This document shows, piece after piece, positions 18,933 to 28,661 of a DNA stretch of 56,814 bases. The translations under genes were made by a program, and so were the position numbers. The notes under the pieces are model-generated. The model had not been told where the DNA came from, did no database searches, and saw only the letters and a program-made list of their open reading frames with translations. The stretch comes from Acidimicrobiia bacterium (lineage in GTDB: Bacteria > Acidobacteriota > Vicinamibacteria > Vicinamibacterales > UBA2999). Location: NCBI GenBank assembly GCA_016871255.1, contig VFZH01000006.1, positions 1 through 56,814 on the forward strand, in the 5' to 3' direction. Position 1 is the stretch's first letter. Every line of letters begins with the position of its first letter.

Positions 18933-19330
18933 CCACCGCCGTCGCCGGCGCGCCGCGCACCTGGCTGAGGCTGGAAGGGCTGGCCGTGCTGGCGGCCAGC
19001 GTCATCGCGTACCGCTGGCAGCTCGGAGGCTGGACGACGTTCGCGCTGCTGTTCCTCGCGCCCGACCTGGGCCTGCTCGGGTACTTCGGAGGCCCCCGCC
19101 TCGGCGCCCGCACCTACAACCTCACGCACAACTACGTCGGCCCGCTCTTCCTCATGCTGTACGGACTGTACGTGGGCCGCGCGGACGTCGTGCCGTACGC
19201 GCTGATCTGGACCGCGCACATCGGCTTCGACCGGGCGCTGGGGTTGGGGCTGAAGTACCCGCAGGCGTTCGAGGCCACGCACCTGGGCAGGGTTGCCGGA
19301 CCGGGCCGACGGACGCCACGGGCCGGCTGA
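18929..19330 (+). CDS. DUF4260 family membrane protein
   Basis: LRLEG, LAPDL, YNLTH, AHIGFDRALG and THLG. Confidence 0.8.
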   Translation: MTTAVAGAPRTWLRLEGLAVLAASVIAYRWQLGGWTTFALLFLAPDLGLLGYFGGPRLGARTYNLTHNYVGPLFLMLYGLYVGRADVVPYALIWTAHIGFDRALGLGLKYPQAFEATHLGRVAGPGRRTPRAG

Positions 19331-19845
19331 GGGCCCTGGCCGGAATACGGTTGCCGACTCTCGGGCGGCGAGGGCGCCCGGATCGCCAGAGAGCTGATCA
19401 CGTCCCCAGAGGTGGCGACCCGTCTGTAGCGGGTCCTGTCGCCGGGTTTCCCCACCCCGTGCTCGGCGCCACACACGCCCCGACGGGCACGGCGCCTGCG
19501 GCGCGGGGTGGGGAGGCCCCTCGGCTCCACCCGCGTGAGGACGCGTCGCCTGGTGGGCCGCGGGGATCGACACGGGGAGGCGCCTGGGATCGCATGCGGG
19601 CATGCCGACTCCCATTCGCCGGGCCTGCCGGACGGAGCGGACCGCCGAGGCGGTGCGCGTGGCCCAGGCGCGCCACCGTGGCCAATCTCCAGAGGCTGGC
19701 GCGCCTCACACAGGCCGCATGACTCTACGTGTTCAACTCCCCAGGCGCGAGGAGGGAGCAGGCCGGGTGCCTGTGACCGACGGGCAACGCCGCGAGGCGG
19801 GATGCATCGTCGGCCGAGATGGCAACCGTATTCCGGCCAGGGCCC
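19331..19845. mobile_element. MITE-like element, copy 2, interrupted by a nested element
   Basis: Same 25-bp terminal repeats and internal sequence as 2449-2607. It is 160 bp once the insert and its duplication are removed. Confidence 0.8.
19390..19740. mobile_element. Nested 351-bp non-autonomous element
   Basis: Imperfect 14-bp inverted repeats (AGAGCTGATCACGT / GGAGTTGAACACGT on the minus strand), flanked by CCAG direct repeats. The empty site is visible in copy 1. Confidence 0.75.
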
Positions 19846-21341
19846 TAACCGCCTTCGGTTGGTCTCTTGCGCTTCAGCACACGCAGCCGGCCCTGTGCGT
19901 CTTCACCCACGATCCCCCGGGACCGGGCGCTCTCGAGGACCTTGGGCCACCGGGCGGCGAAACGCGGGCGCGCGTAGTCGGGCAGCAGCAGTACCGCCAT
20001 CTCGTAGGCGCGTCGATAGAGCGTCAGGCGGCGGCAGCGCTGATCCTCGGACATCGGCGTCCACGCCGCCGGACCATCCACCTTCCTGGCCAGGCACGAG
20101 AAGTTGCCGCCGTCGCGGCGGATGTGCACCACCTTGAAGCCGGAGGCCTCCAGCATGCGCACGAGGCTGTCCCGATCGAACGTCTGCAGGTGGAAGGCGT
20201 TCAACGTGTTGAACATCGACTTCTCCCTGTGCAGGAACTCGTCCTCGAACGGCTCGTTGAAGATGTAGAGGTGTCCACCGGACACGAGGCTTTCCCGAAC
20301 CGTCTCGAGGTACTCGCCCGGCCGGATCGTGTGCGTCAGCATGTGGTTCGACACGACCAGGTCGAACGGACCCGGGTACGGCACGGTGAAGCGATCGAAC
20401 TCGAGCTTCGCGTCGGCCGGGATGCCGTAGACCTCCTGGATGAGCAGCCGCTGGTTCGGGAAGAGGGGGATGGTGAACACTTCGGCGCCGTAGAGACGGC
20501 GGAGCGACGCGGAGATCGAGCCGAGACGCGACCGGACCTCCAGCACGCGGGGCGCGTTCAGCGTCACGAGCGATCCGATCAGCTCGACGTGCCGGCTGTT
20601 CGCCAGCCGATCCTCCTCGAGCTGCCACAGGTGGTCCTTGTGTCCGACGGTCACGTGTTCGGAGACGAAGGCGCCGCGGCTGGCCAGCGCCCGCAGCCGG
20701 GCCCGGCCCTCGTCGTCCAGTTCGTACGAGCTGAGCGTGATCTTTCCCGACCGCCGCTCGCCCAGCCCGACGCGCCCAAGGCTCTCCTCGAAGTGCTCCA
20801 GCAGCCACGCAAAGCGGGCGCCGGCCGGGCGGCGGCTCGCGTAGACGAGGCCGCAGGCGTGGCAGAGCGCGTAGTCGTACCGCGCCGCCTTCGCGTCCGG
20901 CATCTGCCGCATCGTGATCATCTTGTTGAAGCGGCACACGATCGACCGCTCCGGTGACGCACACACCGGACACTGCTCGAGCCGCTCGATCGGCCCGGGG
21001 GGGCAGTCGGTCCCCGGTGTCTCGTCCGCCGGCTCGTCCGGCGCGACCTCCAGCGGAAGCGGGCCCCCGAACGGCTTCCGAGGTACGTCCTGCTCGCTCA
21101 CGTCCTCGCCGTTGAGCGTCCGGCGCAGCCGCTCCTGTTCCTCCGCCAGCTCGCCGAGCTGGCGACCGAGCTGTTCCTGCCGGGTGGACAACGCGCGCAG
21201 CGTGTGGCTTTCCAGGCGATCGAGGCGGCGCTCGACCAGCTCCGTCAGGGCATCGAAACGCCTCGGCGTGGTCAGCGGACCAGTCAGGCTGCGAAGAACC
21301 CGGCGCAACGCACTCACGACGACATGCACCTCATGACTCAA
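19845..21341 (-). CDS. Class I SAM-dependent methyltransferase with a CxxC..CxxC zinc ribbon
   Basis: CPVC..CHAC, degenerate motif I VLEVRSRLG, and FDLVVSNHMLTH. Start is TTG 21341 or GTG 21317. Confidence 0.7.
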   Translation of the reverse strand: MSHEVHVVVSALRRVLRSLTGPLTTPRRFDALTELVERRLDRLESHTLRALSTRQEQLGRQLGELAEEQERLRRTLNGEDVSEQDVPRKPFGGPLPLEVAPDEPADETPGTDCPPGPIERLEQCPVCASPERSIVCRFNKMITMRQMPDAKAARYDYALCHACGLVYASRRPAGARFAWLLEHFEESLGRVGLGERRSGKITLSSYELDDEGRARLRALASRGAFVSEHVTVGHKDHLWQLEEDRLANSRHVELIGSLVTLNAPRVLEVRSRLGSISASLRRLYGAEVFTIPLFPNQRLLIQEVYGIPADAKLEFDRFTVPYPGPFDLVVSNHMLTHTIRPGEYLETVRESLVSGGHLYIFNEPFEDEFLHREKSMFNTLNAFHLQTFDRDSLVRMLEASGFKVVHIRRDGGNFSCLARKVDGPAAWTPMSEDQRCRRLTLYRRAYEMAVLLLPDYARPRFAARWPKVLESARSRGIVGEDAQGRLRVLKRKRPTEGG

Positions 21342-22210
21342 CGATCTCCGGCGGCAACGCCCACGCGGTTGAGGATGGCCGTCAACGTGGCCGTTGCGCC
21401 CGAAAGCGGCAGGTTGCTCACGTAGCAGTGTCGCACGCCGCGATCCATCAAGGCCCGCAGCGTCCGCGCGCACACGTCCACTGGCGTGGCGCCGTTCGCG
21501 AACTCCCGCAGCAGACCGTCAACGGGCACGGGCAGGAACCGCGACAGGATGTCGAGCGTGCGCGGGTTCGCGCTCCGGTAGTAGAAGACGCCGAACATCG
21601 CCGGGTACGGGACGCCACGCGTCGCCACCTCGTCGAGGAACGCGTCGACAGGGGCGAGGTCGAGGTGGCTGACCACCTGCGTCAGGTAGAACTCCGCGGT
21701 GAAGTGATCGTCCAGCAGGTACTCGACCTGCCTGCCCGGGTCGGCGTGCGGGTTCGCCCAGCCGCCGAGCACCAGGCGGGGCTCGTGGCTCCGGATGGCC
21801 TGCCGGAGCTGCCACGCGTGCTCGACACATCGCGCGCGGCCAACGGTCCGATCCCCGCCGAGCACGACGAGCGAGGAGCAGCCCTGCTGCCACGCCTGCT
21901 CGGCGTACGACAGGCAGTACTGCAGCGAGTGCTTGCTGGTCAGGAACGGCAGGATGCGCTCGCGCGGCACGTCGGGCCCCAGGTTCGCCACCAGGTGCCG
22001 CAGGTTGTTCTCCTCCTGCGTGCCGACGGCGCTGTCGGTCAGGCAGACGCGCACGCTCTGGCGCACGAGGTTCCGCACCGCGTGGTACATGTCGATCCAC
22101 GCGTCGATCCCCTCGCTGGCATCGAGTTCCGCGCGCGGCGGCCGCAGCTCGGCGGCCACCACGCCGGACGCGCCGCCGAGCGCGTCGAGCAGCGGGCTCG
22201 TTCTCGTCAT
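21338..22210 (-). CDS. Methylenetetrahydrofolate reductase-like flavoprotein
   Basis: AELRPP, VLGGD and FYLTQ resemble MetF motifs. ATGA overlap with the upstream gene. Confidence 0.65.
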   Translation of the reverse strand: MTRTSPLLDALGGASGVVAAELRPPRAELDASEGIDAWIDMYHAVRNLVRQSVRVCLTDSAVGTQEENNLRHLVANLGPDVPRERILPFLTSKHSLQYCLSYAEQAWQQGCSSLVVLGGDRTVGRARCVEHAWQLRQAIRSHEPRLVLGGWANPHADPGRQVEYLLDDHFTAEFYLTQVVSHLDLAPVDAFLDEVATRGVPYPAMFGVFYYRSANPRTLDILSRFLPVPVDGLLREFANGATPVDVCARTLRALMDRGVRHCYVSNLPLSGATATLTAILNRVGVAAGDR

Positions 22211-24489
22211 TCGGCGCGCGACGAAGCGCCCGCTACGGGCTCGGTCCCGACGGTCCGCATCAGGAAATCGTATGTCAGCCGCTGGAGGTGCAGGTACTGG
22301 CGGGGGTCGGAGACCCCGTGCCGCGACCGCGGGTAGATCATCACCTCGAAGGTCTTGCCCGCCCGCTGCAGGGCGTACACGAGCTGCATCGTGTTCTGGA
22401 CGTGGACGTTGTCGTCGATCGTGCCGTGCACGATCAGCGCGCGGCCATGCGCGTCCGCGGCGGCCTCGACCACCGAACTCCGATCGTAGCCCGCCGGGTT
22501 GCGCTGAGGCGTCTGCATGTAGCGCTCGGTGTACACCGAGTCGTAGTTCCGCCAGTCGGTCACGGGCGCGCCGATCACGGCGGCCGCGAAGCTGGTGCTG
22601 TGCGTGAGGGCGTAGCCGGCCATGTAGCCGCCGTAGCTCCAGCCGCCGATGGCAATGCGGGCCGGATCGACCCAGGGCTGATCCCGGAGCCACGCCAGGC
22701 CGTCTTCGATGTCGCGCAGTTCCACTTCACCCAGGCGGCCGTAGATGGGCCATTGCGACTCGGCGCCCTTGCCGCTGGCGCTCCGGTTGTCGCAGACCCA
22801 GACGACGAAGCCGCTCTGCGCGAGCAGCTGCAGGAACAGGTGTTCGGATCCCATCCACACGTCGAGGACGGACTGGGCGCCCGGTCCGGCGTACGTGTGC
22901 TGATACACCGGGTACCGGCGGGCGGGGTCGAAGTGGCGGGGCTTGATCAGCATCGCCTCCATCGCGAACCCGTCCCGGGCCGGCACCTGGAGAAACTCCG
23001 GCCGGGCGAGGCCGTATTCCGCGAGGGCGGGTGCCGGGTTCTCGTCGATCACCCGTACTTCGGAGCCGTCCGCGGCATGCAGCCGCACCTGCGTGGGAGT
23101 GAGCACCGCGCCCCACGAGTCGAGGTACAGGCTGAAGTCCGGATTGAAGGTCGCGCGGTGCGTGCCTTCCGCCTTCGACAGCCGCTCCGGCTCGCCGCCG
23201 TCCAGCCGCACGCGGTAGACGTGGCGGCCGATCGGGCTGTGTGCCGTACCCGTGTAGTAGATCCAGCCACCGCGTTCGTCCACGCCGTGCAGCGTCCGGA
23301 CGTCCCATCGTCCGCTGGTCAGCGCGTTGACGGGCGTGCCGTCCGCGGCGTAGCGGTAGAGATGACGGAAGCCGCTGCGCTCGCTCAGCCAGAGGAACGA
23401 GCCGTCCTCCAGCCAGGTGGGGCCGCCGAGCACGTTGACCCAGGCCGGCGTCGTCTCGCGCAGGATCGGCCGCGCGCGGCCGTTCGACGCCTCCGCGCGG
23501 TAGAGATCGAGCACCGTCTGCTCGCGGTTCTGCACCTGGAAGTAGACCGCCCCGGAGTCGGGGCTCCAGTCCACGTCCACGATGAGCGTGTCGTCGGGGC
23601 TGTAGGCCCCGAGGTCGGCCCACGCGATTGAGCCGCCCGATGCCTTGACCACGCCGAGCTGCACGAGCGGGTTGGGATCGCCGGCGTTCGGGTAGTCGGT
23701 CGTCTCGATCCCCGGGCGCGCGGGTATGTGGTCGATGACGGCGAACTCGGGCACGGGCCGTTCGTCGAGGCGCAGGAATGCCAGCCGCGCGCTGTCCGGG
23801 CTCCACCAGTAGCCGCGGAAGGACCCACGACCGTAGATCTCCTCCTGGTAGAGCCAGTCCAGGCGTCCGTTCAGGATCTGGGGCCCGCCGTCGCTGGTGA
23901 GCTGGCGTTCCCGGCGCCGCGCGATCTCCACCGTGAAGAGGTTGTGGCCGCGGGTGAAGGCGACGAACGCGCTGTCGGGGCTGAAGGTGGGATCCTCCTC
24001 GGCGCCGGCGGCTGTGGTCAGCCTCGTGACGCGCGCCGGCGCGAGCTCGTAGAGGTACAGATCTTCGGCGACGGTCACCATCAGCGCCGAGCGATCGGCG
24101 TTGAAGATCAGGCCGGCGCCGTTGGCGGCGGCGCTCGCCTCGTTGGCCCGCACGCCGGCCGCCACCAGGGCGGCTTCCACGCGGGAGACGTCGAGAAACG
24201 TGGTGGTTTCGCCCGTGCGCGCGTGGACCTTCAGCCACTGGCGGTCGCCGCCCGTACGCCGCGTCCACAGGTAGTGCTCCGCATCGATCCATCGCAGGCC
24301 GCTCGGCGGCGAGCCGCTGAACGACACGCGCTGGTCGGGGTCGTAGATCGCCTCGATGCTGAGCGTCTTCTCCTGCGCGAAGGCGCCGCCTGCCCCGACG
24401 AGGATGAGCCCGAGCACCAGGGGCCGGCTGAAGCCGGCCCCTGCAGGCGGTCGATCGGGCGCCACATCTCCCAACGTTCGGCGAGACAT
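22207..24489 (-). CDS. S9B dipeptidyl peptidase IV family
   Basis: DWLYQEE, GWSYGG, DDNVH and catalytic His. Confidence 0.9.
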   Translation of the reverse strand: MSRRTLGDVAPDRPPAGAGFSRPLVLGLILVGAGGAFAQEKTLSIEAIYDPDQRVSFSGSPPSGLRWIDAEHYLWTRRTGGDRQWLKVHARTGETTTFLDVSRVEAALVAAGVRANEASAAANGAGLIFNADRSALMVTVAEDLYLYELAPARVTRLTTAAGAEEDPTFSPDSAFVAFTRGHNLFTVEIARRRERQLTSDGGPQILNGRLDWLYQEEIYGRGSFRGYWWSPDSARLAFLRLDERPVPEFAVIDHIPARPGIETTDYPNAGDPNPLVQLGVVKASGGSIAWADLGAYSPDDTLIVDVDWSPDSGAVYFQVQNREQTVLDLYRAEASNGRARPILRETTPAWVNVLGGPTWLEDGSFLWLSERSGFRHLYRYAADGTPVNALTSGRWDVRTLHGVDERGGWIYYTGTAHSPIGRHVYRVRLDGGEPERLSKAEGTHRATFNPDFSLYLDSWGAVLTPTQVRLHAADGSEVRVIDENPAPALAEYGLARPEFLQVPARDGFAMEAMLIKPRHFDPARRYPVYQHTYAGPGAQSVLDVWMGSEHLFLQLLAQSGFVVWVCDNRSASGKGAESQWPIYGRLGEVELRDIEDGLAWLRDQPWVDPARIAIGGWSYGGYMAGYALTHSTSFAAAVIGAPVTDWRNYDSVYTERYMQTPQRNPAGYDRSSVVEAAADAHGRALIVHGTIDDNVHVQNTMQLVYALQRAGKTFEVMIYPRSRHGVSDPRQYLHLQRLTYDFLMRTVGTEPVAGASSRAE
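24420..24444 (-). repeat. REP-like palindrome inside the S9 peptidase N-terminus
   Basis: GCAGGGGCCGGC-TTCA-GCCGGCCCC, encoding AGAGFSRP. Confidence 0.7.
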
Positions 24490-24509
24490 TCGCGAAAGCT
24501 TAGCACCGC

Positions 24510-24571
24510 CCGCCTTCGCGCCCGCCTGCGCGCCTTCGGCGCTTCGGCGGGGCTTCGCTCGGAGGACCTCG
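24510..24571. repeat. CCGCCTTCGC hairpin repeat, copy 2
   Basis: Related to 6615-6670. Confidence 0.6.
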
Positions 24572-24593
24572 CTCGCCCGTGACAGTATGGGGC

Positions 24594-25967
24594 GTGGCCA
24601 CGCTGACCTTTCTCGGGGCGGCCCGGACGGTGACCGGGTCCAAGTACCTTCTCCAGCACAACGACACGCGGCTGCTCATCGACTGCGGGCTCTTCCAGGG
24701 GCTGAAACCGCTCCGGCTGCGCAACTGGGACCCCTTCCCGGTCGAGCCTTCGTCGATCGACGCGGTCGTCCTGACGCACGGGCACCTGGATCACATCGGC
24801 TACCTGCCGCGGCTGGTGGCGAAAGGCTATCGAGGCCGCGTGTTCTGCACGCCCGGCACCGCCGACCTGGCGAAGCTGATCCTGCCCGACTCCGGACGCA
24901 TCCAGGAGGAAGACGCGCGGCAGGCGAACCGCCACGGCTACTCGAAGCACCACCCGGCGGAGCCGCTCTACACCGAAGCGGACGCCTACCGGGCGCTGTC
25001 GCAGATGTCGCCGCACGGCTACCACCGGTCGCTGGAGATTCTCGACGGCGTGACGATCGAGTTCGTGCCCGCCGGGCACCTGCTCGGATCGAGCTTCATC
25101 GTGCTGACGACCGAAGGGCACCGCATCCTGTTCGGCGGCGATCTCGGACGCTACAACCGCCCGGTGCTCCCGGATCCGTCGGATGCCCCGGGCGCAGACG
25201 TGATGCTGGTCGAGTCCACGTACGGAAACCGGGATCACCCCGACGACGATGTCGGGCGCACGCTGGCGCGGGTCATCCGCGAAACGGCGGAGAACGGTGG
25301 GAAGGTCATCATCCCGAGCTTTGCCATCGGCCGCGTGGAGGAACTGCTGTACTGGATTGGGCGGCTCGAGGACGAGCGCCGGATTCCGGTGCTGCCCGTC
25401 TACGTGGACAGCCCGATGGCGGCGGCAGGCCTGGAGTTCTACCACACGCGTGCGGCGGAACTGGACGAAGACATGCGGCCCGAGTCGAAGGACGTGTCGG
25501 CGCTCGCGACCCTGCGGTTCCAGACCGTGTCGTCGCCGGAAGAATCGAAGCGGGTGACCGCGGACACCACGCCGTCGATCGTCATCTCGGCGAGCGGGAT
25601 GGCCACGGGTGGGCGCGTGCTGCACCACCTCAAGGCGACGCTGCCAGACCCGAAGCACACCGTGCTGTTCGTCGGCTACCAGGCGGCCGGCACGCGGGGG
25701 CGGACGTTGACCGAAGGTGCGCCGACGGTCCGGATCCACGGACTGGACGTGCCCGTGCGGGCACGGATTGCGCGGATCGACTCGATGTCGGCCCACGCGG
25801 ACCGCGGCGAAGTCCTGCGCTGGCTGCGTACGGCGCCGGCGCCGCCGCAACACCTGTTCCTGGTGCACGGTGAGCCGGAGCCGATGGACGCGTTGAAGGA
25901 GCAGATCGAGACGGAGCTGGGCTGGACCGTGTCGACCCCCTCGTACGGCGAGGTCGTGACGCTGTAA
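24594..25967 (+). CDS. MBL-fold beta-CASP ribonuclease
   Basis: THGHLDH, AGHLLGS, ESTYG, SAHAD and VHGE. Confidence 0.9.
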   Translation: MATLTFLGAARTVTGSKYLLQHNDTRLLIDCGLFQGLKPLRLRNWDPFPVEPSSIDAVVLTHGHLDHIGYLPRLVAKGYRGRVFCTPGTADLAKLILPDSGRIQEEDARQANRHGYSKHHPAEPLYTEADAYRALSQMSPHGYHRSLEILDGVTIEFVPAGHLLGSSFIVLTTEGHRILFGGDLGRYNRPVLPDPSDAPGADVMLVESTYGNRDHPDDDVGRTLARVIRETAENGGKVIIPSFAIGRVEELLYWIGRLEDERRIPVLPVYVDSPMAAAGLEFYHTRAAELDEDMRPESKDVSALATLRFQTVSSPEESKRVTADTTPSIVISASGMATGGRVLHHLKATLPDPKHTVLFVGYQAAGTRGRTLTEGAPTVRIHGLDVPVRARIARIDSMSAHADRGEVLRWLRTAPAPPQHLFLVHGEPEPMDALKEQIETELGWTVSTPSYGEVVTL

Positions 25968-25968
25968 C

Positions 25969-27144
25969 GTGCGCACCTACTCGCGCAGGCTGCCGGCTCA
26001 GGACGCGCAGAACGCGATCACGCACGCGGTTGCCGATTTCGAGCGGCGCGGCGTCGCGTACGTCGATCTCACCGAGTCGAACCCGACGCGCTGCGGCTTG
26101 GAGTACCCGGACGACCTGCTGCGGCCGCTTGGCGCGGCCGCCGGGCTGACGTACGCGCCGGAGCCGTTCGGCCTGCCGGAGGCACGGGAGGCGGTGGCCG
26201 CGGAGTACTCGCGGCGTGGAACCAGGATCGATCCCGCGAACGTCGTGCTGGCCGCCAGCTCCAGCGAGGCGTACGGCTGGCTGTTCAAGCTGCTCTGCTC
26301 CCCTGGCGATGGCGTGGTCGTCCCCCGCCCCAGCTATCCCTTGTTCGAGCATCTGGCGGGGCTCGAAGGAGTGGAGCCGGCCGCGTATGACCTCGAGTAC
26401 CACGGACGGTGGGAGATCGACGTCGCCAGTGTCGAGCGCGCGATCACGCCGGCTGCGCGCGCGCTCGTTGTCGTGTCGCCGAACAACCCGACCGGCTCGT
26501 ACATCACGGAAGCGGAGTGGGCGCGCCTGGCCGACGTGTGCGCCGCGAACAGTCTGGCCGTGATCGCGGACGAGGTCTTCGCGGACTACCCCCTCGACGC
26601 GCTCGAGAGCCGGGCTGTCGATCTGGCCTCATCGGACGAGGTGCTGACGTTCACGCTCGGCGGGCTGTCGAAATCTGTCGGGCTGCCGCAGCTCAAGCTG
26701 GGGTGGATTCTGGCGGGCGGACCTGCCGGCGATCGCGCGCGGGCGCTGGCCGCGCTGGAGCTCATCGCGGACAGCTACCTGTCCGTGTCCACGCCGGTGC
26801 AGCTCGCGGCACGCCACCTCCTGCGCCACGGGGCCCTCATTCGCGCGCAGATCCAGGACCGCATCCGTGCGAACCTGGGCGCCCTCCGCACCGCGGCGGC
26901 GGCCCATCCGGCGTGCGATGTGCTGCGTGTGGAAGGCGGCTGGAGCGCGGTCGTCCGCGTGCCGGCCGCGCGCTCGGAGGAGCAGCTCGTCCTCGACCTG
27001 CTGCGCCACGAGCGGGTGCTCGTCCACCCGGGCTACTTCTTCGACTTCCCGCGTGAGGCGTACGTGGTCGTCAGCCTGCTGCCACCCACTCCGGTGTTCG
27101 CCGCCGCCGCAGCGCACCTGCTCGCCCGCGCGGCAGACGTGTGA
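25969..27144 (+). CDS. Class I/II PLP aminotransferase
   Basis: SPNNPTG, DEVF and GLSKS..KLGW. Confidence 0.85.
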   Translation: MRTYSRRLPAQDAQNAITHAVADFERRGVAYVDLTESNPTRCGLEYPDDLLRPLGAAAGLTYAPEPFGLPEAREAVAAEYSRRGTRIDPANVVLAASSSEAYGWLFKLLCSPGDGVVVPRPSYPLFEHLAGLEGVEPAAYDLEYHGRWEIDVASVERAITPAARALVVVSPNNPTGSYITEAEWARLADVCAANSLAVIADEVFADYPLDALESRAVDLASSDEVLTFTLGGLSKSVGLPQLKLGWILAGGPAGDRARALAALELIADSYLSVSTPVQLAARHLLRHGALIRAQIQDRIRANLGALRTAAAAHPACDVLRVEGGWSAVVRVPAARSEEQLVLDLLRHERVLVHPGYFFDFPREAYVVVSLLPPTPVFAAAAAHLLARAADV

Positions 27145-27180
27145 CGGCACCCGGCACCCGGCCGCGTCCAGGACCCGTGG

Positions 27181-27918
27181 TCACCCGCCAGACCCCGGTC
27201 CATCGCGGCGATCCGCTTCGCCCACCATCTCGCGCATCGTGGCTGCCAGCCGCTGGACGTCCGGGTAGAAACGCTGCTCGAGCGCGAAGCCCGCGGGCGT
27301 GGGCACGTCGGGAAACCCGATGCGGCGGACCGGCGCGCGGAGGTGCTCGAACGCCTTCTCCGCCGCCAGGCACCCGACCTCGGCGCACAGGCCCCCTTTC
27401 TCCCACGCCGTGTCGACGACCAGCAGGCGGCCCGTCTTCCGCACCGACTCCAGGATGATGGTCTCGTCGAGCGGTTTCACGGTCCGCAGGTCGATGACTT
27501 CCACGTCGACGCCCTCGGCGGCCACGCTCGACGCCGCCTGCAGCGACAGCTCGAGCGTGTGCGACACGCCAGCCTCCGTGAGGTCGCGGCCGCGGCGACG
27601 ATGAACGCCCTTCCCGATCGGCACGCGGGCCTTCAGATCTCCCCCCTTCGCCAGGTACGCCCCATGTGTCCTGTGGCTCGAGTAGACCTGATCGGCGGAT
27701 GTCAGCGCCGCACAGCAGCCGACCGCCGTGGCTTCCTGACCGATCACGAGGTGATTGGGGGTCTTCATGCGGTCGTGACGATCCTGCGCCGCGATTTCCT
27801 CCTCGACCCGACGGATGCGGAGCATCGCCCGGTAGAGCGACAGGAGTCACGAGCGGTCGTAGCTGCCGGCGTCAGCGGGAAGGGGCTGTGCGACGGACTG
27901 ATACGGGTACGTGAACAC
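27181..27918 (-). pseudogene. Collapsed ThDP-dependent E1 alpha/E1 beta pseudogene
   Basis: E1 alpha N-terminus (IGQEA..HRTHG..LAKGGDL) is fused at ~27628 to the E1 beta C-domain (RVPIG..IDLRTVKPLD..SVRKTGR). In-frame TGA at 27847-27849. Confidence 0.8.
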
Positions 27919-28037
27919 TCAGGGGGCCTCGGCGGGACGGCTGATCCCTGGCAGGCAGCGCGGATCGCGCCCTATTCTATAATGGCGGCGTTCCGGTCAT
28001 CTCCGTTTCCACCCTCCGCACCTCGGCAGGAGAGGCG

Positions 28038-28619
28038 ATGGGCCGTCCGCTCGATCTGGTCCTTGTCAATCCCGGCAATCGCCTTCGCGCTTATCAGGAC
28101 CTCGGCAGGACGCTGACCGCGGTCGAGCCGCCGATCTGGGCAGGTCTGATCGCCTCGATCGCCAGACGCCGCGGCTGCTCGGTGGCGATCGTCAATGCGG
28201 CAGCCGAGGACCTGACACCCGAGCAGACAGCGGCCCGTGTGCACGATCACCGGCCGTTGCTGACGGCCGTCCTGGTCTACGGCCACCAGCCGTCCGCCTC
28301 GACGCAGAACATGCCCGGCGCGAGCGCGGTCTGCCGCGCCATCAAGGATCTCGCGCCCGACATGCCCGTCCTGATGCTGGGCGGGCACGTCGCTGCCCTC
28401 CCCGAACGGCCGCTGAGAGAGGAACGCTGCGATTTCGCCGCTCGCGACGAGGGGCTGCTGGCCGTTACCGGCCTGGTCGAGGTCCTCAGAGGTGGAGACC
28501 TCACGAAGCTGGAAAAGGTACCCGGTCTCGTGTACCGGCGGGGGGAGATCGTCTGGACGAATCCGGCGGCGCCGCTCACCACGGATCTGGACCGGGAGAT
28601 GCCGGGCGTCGCCTGGGAC
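28038..28619 (+). pseudogene. B12-binding radical SAM protein, N-terminal fragment
   Basis: Cobalamin-binding domain (EPPIWAG, QPSASTQ, GGHV, VPGLVYR) ends at PGVAWD, before any CxxxCxxC motif. Confidence 0.75.
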
Positions 28620-28661
28620 AGCATCGACGACTGGATGCGCGCCCACCCGTTCGTCGATGTC

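Noticed and set aside
19351-19722. ORFs within the nested element as a transposase
   Set aside because: Short, Pro/Arg/Gly-rich, with no DDE or HUH motifs.
27847-27849. In-frame TGA as selenocysteine or readthrough
   Set aside because: Non-catalytic N-terminal position in a gene already broken by deletion.
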